From a virus (lineage: Duplodnaviria > Caudoviricetes), in the IMG/VR virus record IMGVR_UViG_3300037846_000086, positions 1 through 60,486 of that record: 60,486 nt of DNA; one strand, 5' to 3'. The position numbers and the translations under genes are program-made. Within the stretch, counting starts at the first letter, position 1. Each line of letters begins with the position of its first letter. This document shows positions 55,773 through 60,486 of the stretch, piece after piece. Under the pieces are notes generated by a model. It saw nothing but the letters and a program-made list of their open reading frames with translations, did not search any database and was not told the DNA's origin.

Positions 55773-56255
55773 ATGACCAAGACTCAGCAACCGCTTGCAC
55801 CGAAGCCGTGGCCACGCCTCAGCGAGACGTTGACATGCCAGCGGCACATTAACTGCTGCCAGTCTTGCGGACGCGGCCAGCTCGACGGCGAGGTCAGCTT
55901 ATGGCAGGAGTACGATGAGAACGACGAGCCAGAGCCGATCGCCGTGGCGTTGTGCAAGCAATGCTCAGACCGGCTCGTCGAACCGCACCCGAGAATCTAC
56001 GCCAAGGTCGCACGCTTTGCGCCGTTCCCTGGAGCGATGACGATCTGCTTGGCCTGTTCGCATCGCGACGGCGTGCGTTGCCGATCGCCGGACGCCAAAG
56101 CAAACGGCGGTCATGGCATCTGGATCGTTGCCGGCCGTGCCAATCAAATCCACGTCCTCCGCACGCCGCGGAGCGAGTCCGGTTGGATTACTGTTTACGA
56201 AGGGCCGCCGACCGGCTGCTCTGGCTTGTGGGATCAGGGGGAGAATTGGCCGTGA
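55773..56255 (+). CDS. Cys-rich hypothetical protein
   Basis: Several CxxC pairs. Confidence 0.6.
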   Translation: MTKTQQPLAPKPWPRLSETLTCQRHINCCQSCGRGQLDGEVSLWQEYDENDEPEPIAVALCKQCSDRLVEPHPRIYAKVARFAPFPGAMTICLACSHRDGVRCRSPDAKANGGHGIWIVAGRANQIHVLRTPRSESGWITVYEGPPTGCSGLWDQGENWP

Positions 56256-56270
56256 GCCAAGGAGGGCCGC

Positions 56271-56708
56271 ATGCACTATCGTTTTCCGCGGATGATTGCT
56301 CAAGAGCTTGAGTCGCAGAGGCAGCTTGCTGTGAATACCTTCGAGCACTTCTTACTGCCGTGCGGCGAAGTGCCGCAGATCGGCCATGAGGACGAGGCCT
56401 TCGAGCAGTTCGACGCCGACGGCCGGAAGGCTCTCTACATCTCGGCCGAAGGTAGCTATCGTTTCGTACGATATACGGACGACGATACGCCGATCAGCGT
56501 CTTACAGCTCGTCAGCCGCGACGGCCAGATAGCCGTTATCTCGACCGTATTCACGATCCGCCACGAACGCCGCCGAGGCCACGCTCGCCGGCTGCTGGAG
56601 CTGGCCAGGAAGTTCTTCCACCGAGTACGGCACGCCGACCGCGAGCGCCGCACGGCGATGGGCGATGCCTGGACGTGCGGAGTCGAAGGGGAGAGAGTTT
56701 GGCGATGA
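56271..56708 (+). CDS. GNAT-like acetyltransferase
   Basis: ISTVFT...RRRGHARRLL resembles acetyl-CoA binding motif A; RBS AAGGAGG. Confidence 0.6.
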   Translation: MHYRFPRMIAQELESQRQLAVNTFEHFLLPCGEVPQIGHEDEAFEQFDADGRKALYISAEGSYRFVRYTDDDTPISVLQLVSRDGQIAVISTVFTIRHERRRGHARRLLELARKFFHRVRHADRERRTAMGDAWTCGVEGERVWR

Positions 56709-56995
56709 GCTTCCACACGATCGAAGGGCAATCCGCACTCGTGGCTTATGGGCCGCATAGCGATGGCGTATTCGTTGCCGTCCGCGGCCGCGAGCTTGAA
56801 AAATCGGTCGAGGCCGATCCGAGCCCCGATCACTACTGGGTGAGCTGCGATCCTGGCTTGTACGTCTGGGAAGGCGATTACACCTACGAGACAGGCGGCT
56901 GGGCTGGCACGGAGCCAGTCGAGCCCGATGAATGGTGGAACGGCGAGCTGCGGCGTGCGCTGCCGGTTGATCTAGAGCGGTTCGGGATTATCTAG
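56705..56995 (+). CDS. hypothetical protein
   Basis: ATGA coupling; PGLYVWEG motif. Confidence 0.6.
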   Translation: MSFHTIEGQSALVAYGPHSDGVFVAVRGRELEKSVEADPSPDHYWVSCDPGLYVWEGDYTYETGGWAGTEPVEPDEWWNGELRRALPVDLERFGII

Positions 56996-57004
56996 GAGCA
57001 ATCC

Positions 57005-57274
57005 GTGATTAAGTATATTGGCACGGCACAAAGCGGCCGCTCGGTAATTGCCGTCGGCTTGAGCCGTGAGAATATCGAGCTGCTGTTGGCCGGTCGTGAG
57101 ATTGCCATCGACGTCGACGACATGGCGGCCGAGTCGCATCGGCTGCCGCCGGCGGGCGGATGGTTTCGCATCTTCGCGGCCGAGACGGACGACGAGTTGA
57201 TGGAAAAAGTTGCGTCGATCACGCGAGGCGCAAGCACGGCCAAGCCATACGATTCGACAAAGGATCAACCGTGA
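57005..57274 (+). CDS. hypothetical protein
   Basis: RBS AGGAG; GLSRENIELL..G..I motif. Confidence 0.6.
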   Translation: MIKYIGTAQSGRSVIAVGLSRENIELLLAGREIAIDVDDMAAESHRLPPAGGWFRIFAAETDDELMEKVASITRGASTAKPYDSTKDQP

Positions 57275-57987
57275 ACGTCAATTGCCTAATACCATACTTC
57301 GGGAGTGCCCGTATCATCGCTCCGCACGTTGGCAAGGCCCTGGAAGGTTGCAACTGGATCGGCGTCGGCATGGTCGGCGGATTCGCGGAAGTCGCCTGCA
57401 TGCGAGCCCGCACGCTCGTCATCAACGATCTGCACCGATGGGTTATCAACTTGGCTCGCGTGGCCGCAGACCGCCAGGCCGGGCCGATGCTCTATCGCCG
57501 ACTGCGCCGCGTGCTGTTCCACCCCGAATCACTGGCGGCTTCGCAGCAGTGGTGCAAAGCCAAGGGCGAACTGTCGGCCGGCGAGTTCGACGTCGAGGCG
57601 GCTTATCATTATTTCGTTGCTGTCTGGATGGGCCACTCGGCCAGAGCCGGCACGGATGCAGAATTTAACGGCGGTCTGTCGCTACGCTGGAGCGCTACAG
57701 GTGGCGACTCGGCCGTGCGGTTCCGCTCGGCGGCCGCGGGCTTGCTTGAATGGCGGAAGATTCTGGCCGGTGCCACGTTCTCGACGCTGGACATTTTTGA
57801 CTGGCTCGATATGTGCAAAGACAACGCAGGGCATGGGATTTATATCGATCCTCCGTGGTTCGGGCCAGGCGATGCGTACGTTCACAAGTTCACGCTCCAG
57901 CAGCACCGACAGCTTGCCGACCGCGTGGCGACGTTTCACGCGGCCCGTGTCGTCATGCGGTTTTACGACGTGCCTTTAATTAGGTAA
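57271..57987 (+). pseudogene. Dam/D12-class N6-adenine DNA methyltransferase, truncated by the inserted element
   Basis: PYFG, INDL, IYIDPPW; stop codon TAA lies inside the left TIR. Confidence 0.8.
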
Positions 57988-57995
57988 TTATATAC

Positions 57996-58024
57996 TTGAC
58001 TCATCACGCGGTTTCGGGTATGCT
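57996..58024 (+). promoter_or_regulatory. inward promoter overlapping the left TIR
   Basis: TTGACT-17nt-TATGCT. Confidence 0.7.
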
Positions 58025-58103
58025 TAGGTAATTGGCAGCACATTCGCTGCCGGGTTCGCCGAGCCGATCGGCAGTTGGGCCTGACCGCCCAGGGAGATTT
58101 TCA

Positions 58104-58400
58104 ATGAGTAAGTTCACCCCAGGACCATGGCACGTAACCGACAATGGGGAGATAAATTCGGACGGCAACCGCTGGAAAGCCGTCGCAACAGTAGAGGCGA
58201 ATTGGCTCGGAGCTGGCGAAGTCACAATGGCCGAAGCCGACGCCAATGGGCGGTTAATTGCCACAACGCCCGAATTGCTCGACGAATTGCAGTATGCCTT
58301 CGACAACCTGCACAAATGGACTGGCTCGACAGGCCCAGGCTGTGCGGAATGGTGTGAGCGAGTTCGTTCCGTGCTCGTTCGGGCGAAAGGCGGTACATGA
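58104..58400 (+). CDS. passenger hypothetical protein (TPGPW...ANARLIA-type phage protein)
   Basis: MSKFTPGPW...EADANGRLIATTPELL. Confidence 0.7.
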   Translation: MSKFTPGPWHVTDNGEINSDGNRWKAVATVEANWLGAGEVTMAEADANGRLIATTPELLDELQYAFDNLHKWTGSTGPGCAEWCERVRSVLVRAKGGT

Positions 58401-58654
58401 TGGCAGGCAAACGATGCGTCTTTGCGACAGGCAGCCTGTTTGGCGTGATGGACAATCTGACGAAAAACCAACTCATCGACCTGGTTGCCGACCTCGCCCG
58501 CGCTGAACTTGGAGAAGGCACCACCAACGATGTTGTAGTCGATTGGTTGAAGCCAAAGCTTGAAACCATCTGGCGCGTTAGGGGCGACAAAGGTTTCAAC
58601 GTGGCACAGGTCTACAACAAATGCTGTGCGGCCTATGCACGAACTGGTCAGTAA
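58397..58654 (+). CDS. passenger hypothetical protein
   Basis: ATGA coupling. Confidence 0.55.
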   Translation: MMAGKRCVFATGSLFGVMDNLTKNQLIDLVADLARAELGEGTTNDVVVDWLKPKLETIWRVRGDKGFNVAQVYNKCCAAYARTGQ

Positions 58655-58738
58655 CCCCGACTCCCCTGCGCCCGGTGCCGGTCTAGTCAACCGGCCGGAG
58701 CAATCGGCCAGCCGGGCGCAGGCTTTCTTGAGGCGCAG

Positions 58739-58960
58739 ATGACACTCTCTCAACAAAAACTGATTGCACTTATCCGCTCCAGGGGTGGCGACGTTGCATG
58801 GAACGAGATTTCGACATTTCGCTGGAGATCGGTGGAACCGCTGATACGGGCTGGTTTCTTGAGGCGAATTAGCTGCGGTACGTGTCTGGGGTGTGAATTC
58901 GGCAAACGACACGGCGAAGATTGGCATTGTGAAAAACAGCATATTAGGCTTGTGAGCTAA
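58739..58960 (+). CDS. passenger hypothetical protein
   Basis: RBS GAGG; CxxCxxC. Confidence 0.5.
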   Translation: MTLSQQKLIALIRSRGGDVAWNEISTFRWRSVEPLIRAGFLRRISCGTCLGCEFGKRHGEDWHCEKQHIRLVS

Positions 58961-58963
58961 CCC

Positions 58964-59350
58964 ATGACCGACACCCCGAAAACCCTCCAAGAGGCCGTGA
59001 CCTACTTCGCCGATCGCGAGGTCTGCTTTCAGGAAATGCTGGCGGTGAAGTGGCCGGACGGCAAAATCACCTGTCCGACGTGCGGCTGTGAGAAGGTCGG
59101 CGTGGTCGGCTCGCGGCAGTTGTGGGTGTGCCGAGAATGCGGCCGGCAGTTTTCCATTCGCGTTGGCACGATTTTCGAGGATAGCGCCCTGCCGCTGCAT
59201 CACTGGCTGATCGCAATTTGGTGTGTGGCCAACGGCGACGATGTATCGAGCATTGCGCTGGGCAAAGCCCTGAAGGTCACGCAAAAGACGGCATGGCTCT
59301 TGCTTTATCGTATTCGGATAGCTAGGCAGTTGACCCACAAGCGGATGTAA
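58964..59350 (+). CDS. IS1595-type transposase N-terminal Zn-ribbon plus HTH, no DDE domain
   Basis: KWPDG..CPTC...WVCRECGRQFSIRVGTIFEDS.LPL..W...SS..L...L.VTQKTAW.LL.RIR, then stop. Confidence 0.85.
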   Translation: MTDTPKTLQEAVTYFADREVCFQEMLAVKWPDGKITCPTCGCEKVGVVGSRQLWVCRECGRQFSIRVGTIFEDSALPLHHWLIAIWCVANGDDVSSIALGKALKVTQKTAWLLLYRIRIARQLTHKRM

Positions 59351-59374
59351 TGCCGTCCGAAGGAGAAACTGCCC

Positions 59375-59896
59375 ATGATTCTGAAGCCGATTCCATCGCA
59401 TCCCGACTATCTGATTGGCGACGACGGTTCTGTTTGGTCCTGCCGTCGTTCTAAATTGAATCGCACCGGCGAGCGACGGCGACTCAAGCCGCAACGGCAC
59501 AGCGCCGGTTATCTGTGCTTTACTGTTCGCATGGAAGGCGGAAGGCAGACGAGCCTGCTGGTCCATCGTTGCGTACTGGAAGCGTTCGTAGGTCCATGCC
59601 CTCCGGGCCAAGAGTCTCGACACCTGGACGGCGTGCGAACGCACAACAGCCTTGATAACCTCGCGTGGGGAACGCCAGACGAGAATCAGGCTGACCGCGA
59701 ACGACACGGCACTGTTCCTCGCGGCGATAATCACCATTCGTCGAAGCTCACCCAATCTCAAGTGTTGGAAGCCCGAGACCTCAGAGCTTCCGGGATGGCC
59801 TTCAAGGAAATTGCCGAGCGTCTCGGGGCAAACATCGGCACGATTAAATCGGCGGTTCGCGGCAAGTCCTGGAAAGCTTCTATGGGGATCACGTAA
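59375..59896 (+). CDS. HNH endonuclease with NUMOD4-like N-terminus and C-terminal HTH
   Basis: KPIP...YLIGDDG.VWS; VHRCVLEAFVGP...RHLDG....N.LDNL.WGT..EN. Confidence 0.9.
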   Translation: MILKPIPSHPDYLIGDDGSVWSCRRSKLNRTGERRRLKPQRHSAGYLCFTVRMEGGRQTSLLVHRCVLEAFVGPCPPGQESRHLDGVRTHNSLDNLAWGTPDENQADRERHGTVPRGDNHHSSKLTQSQVLEARDLRASGMAFKEIAERLGANIGTIKSAVRGKSWKASMGIT

Positions 59897-60178
59897 ATGC
59901 TCGACGATAACCGTGGGCTGGCAATGGTCCATTTTGAGAAGAGGCCAAATGGGCAGCTCGTTGAGATAATTCGCATGCAGGCGCTCCCGGCCGACTGCTG
60001 GGTGTGCGGCGGGGACGCGACGGGAATGCACCACGGGATTCCCGTTTATGAAGATCAGATTTTGCCCAACGATTGGCCCGGTGATTGGGCAGGCGTTCCG
60101 GCATGTGAGGGGTGCTTTGAGAAACAAAACAGGCTGACAGAGCCTGTAGCTCTCTGGCGATTCAAGAGGATGAAATGA
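59897..60178 (+). CDS. passenger Zn-finger-like protein
   Basis: CWVC...CEGC; start may be 59924. Confidence 0.5.
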   Translation: MLDDNRGLAMVHFEKRPNGQLVEIIRMQALPADCWVCGGDATGMHHGIPVYEDQILPNDWPGDWAGVPACEGCFEKQNRLTEPVALWRFKRMK

Positions 60179-60318
60179 GCACGAAGCGCGAACGGATTGG
60201 CGACTTTCGCGGCCTGCTAAGCAAGCTAGTGCGAGTGCCGAAAGCAGAACTGGCCCGCGAAATCGAGCGGGACGCGGAGCGCAAGGCGAAGAAACGGGCA
60301 GGCAAGCGGAAGAATTAG
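60175..60318 (+). CDS. 47-aa basic peptide at the element's right end
   Basis: ATGA coupling; MSTKRERIGDFRGLLSKLVRVPKAEL... Confidence 0.55.
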   Translation: MSTKRERIGDFRGLLSKLVRVPKAELAREIERDAERKAKKRAGKRKN

Positions 60319-60355
60319 GCATCGTTAGTTATGATGAGTCAAGTATATAGTTACC

Positions 60356-60486
60356 ATTTATATCGATCCTCCATGGTTCGGGCCAGGCGATGCGTACGTT
60401 CACAAGTTCACGCTCCAGCAGCACCGACAGCTTGCCGACCGCGTGGCGACGTTTCACGCGGCCCGTGTCGGCTGGCGGGTTTACGA
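60356..60486 (+). repeat. direct repeat of 57838-57968 (methylase segment)
   Basis: 131 bp aligned with 5 mismatches (4 in the last 16 nt); runs to the window end. Confidence 0.92.

Larger units (their letters stand above)
57983..60355 (+). mobile_element. IS1595-family-derived non-autonomous element with passenger genes (2373 bp)
   Basis: 24-bp TIRs GGTAA(T/C)TATATACTTGACTCATCA (23/24 identical) at 57983-58006 and 60332-60355; internal IS1595-type transposase N-terminus. Confidence 0.85.

Noticed and set aside
58004-60322. 772-aa minus-strand ORF running TIR to TIR across the IS-like element
   Set aside because: Five of the + strand passenger genes share one frame and this ORF is their codon-for-codon antisense. 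Stops there require TTA/CTA/TCA, which are rare in this genome. It has no motifs or RBS, so it is treated as a shadow ORF, although its span is curious.
1-60486. CRISPR array, tRNA, rRNA, integrase/att site, reverse transcriptase or DGR
   Set aside because: No regularly spaced repeats, no T-loop cloverleaf, and no integrase or RT motifs seen. The only long DNA repeat is the methylase duplication, which lacks adenine-specific variation.
60356-60486. Terminal repeat indicating a complete circular genome
   Set aside because: It matches internal 57838-57968, not the window start

Overview
A ~60 kb, high-GC (roughly 60-65% by eye) segment of a tailed dsDNA phage or prophage with siphovirus-like, HK97-type morphogenesis. 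Nearly all genes are on the + strand. Gene order: MoxR-type AAA+ ATPase with a VWA-like partner, SMC-like ATPase, stand-alone LexA DNA-binding domain, HNH, ParB-DNA methyltransferase with divergent QueC and QueF-like genes, terminase small and large subunits, portal-MuF-metallopeptidase fusion, prohead protease, major capsid, two glycosyltransferases, then neck, lysis-like and REC-PAS genes. The tail module follows, with two tail-tube paralogues, a -1 frameshift chaperone, two distal-tail paralogues placed before the tape measure, and a hub protein. After it come a ~10 kb glycan-modification cluster, early genes behind operator-bearing sigma70 promoters, and a Dam-type methylase interrupted by an IS1595-derived element. 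No integrase, replicase or endolysin is recognisable, so the genome is probably partial, and the host cannot be determined. Most notable: (1) a terminase intein whose HNH endonuclease is a separate nested gene in another reading frame with its own apparent leaderless promoter; (2) an IS1595-like TIR element with no DDE domain, carrying an HNH and flanked by a >=131 bp duplication; (3) a very large glycosyl/methyl/sulfo-transferase complement; (4) a canonical hammerhead ribozyme and several structured RNA candidates around the packaging genes; (5) a repeated TATCG-N3-CGATA operator. All calls come from reading motifs by eye; no database searches were run.
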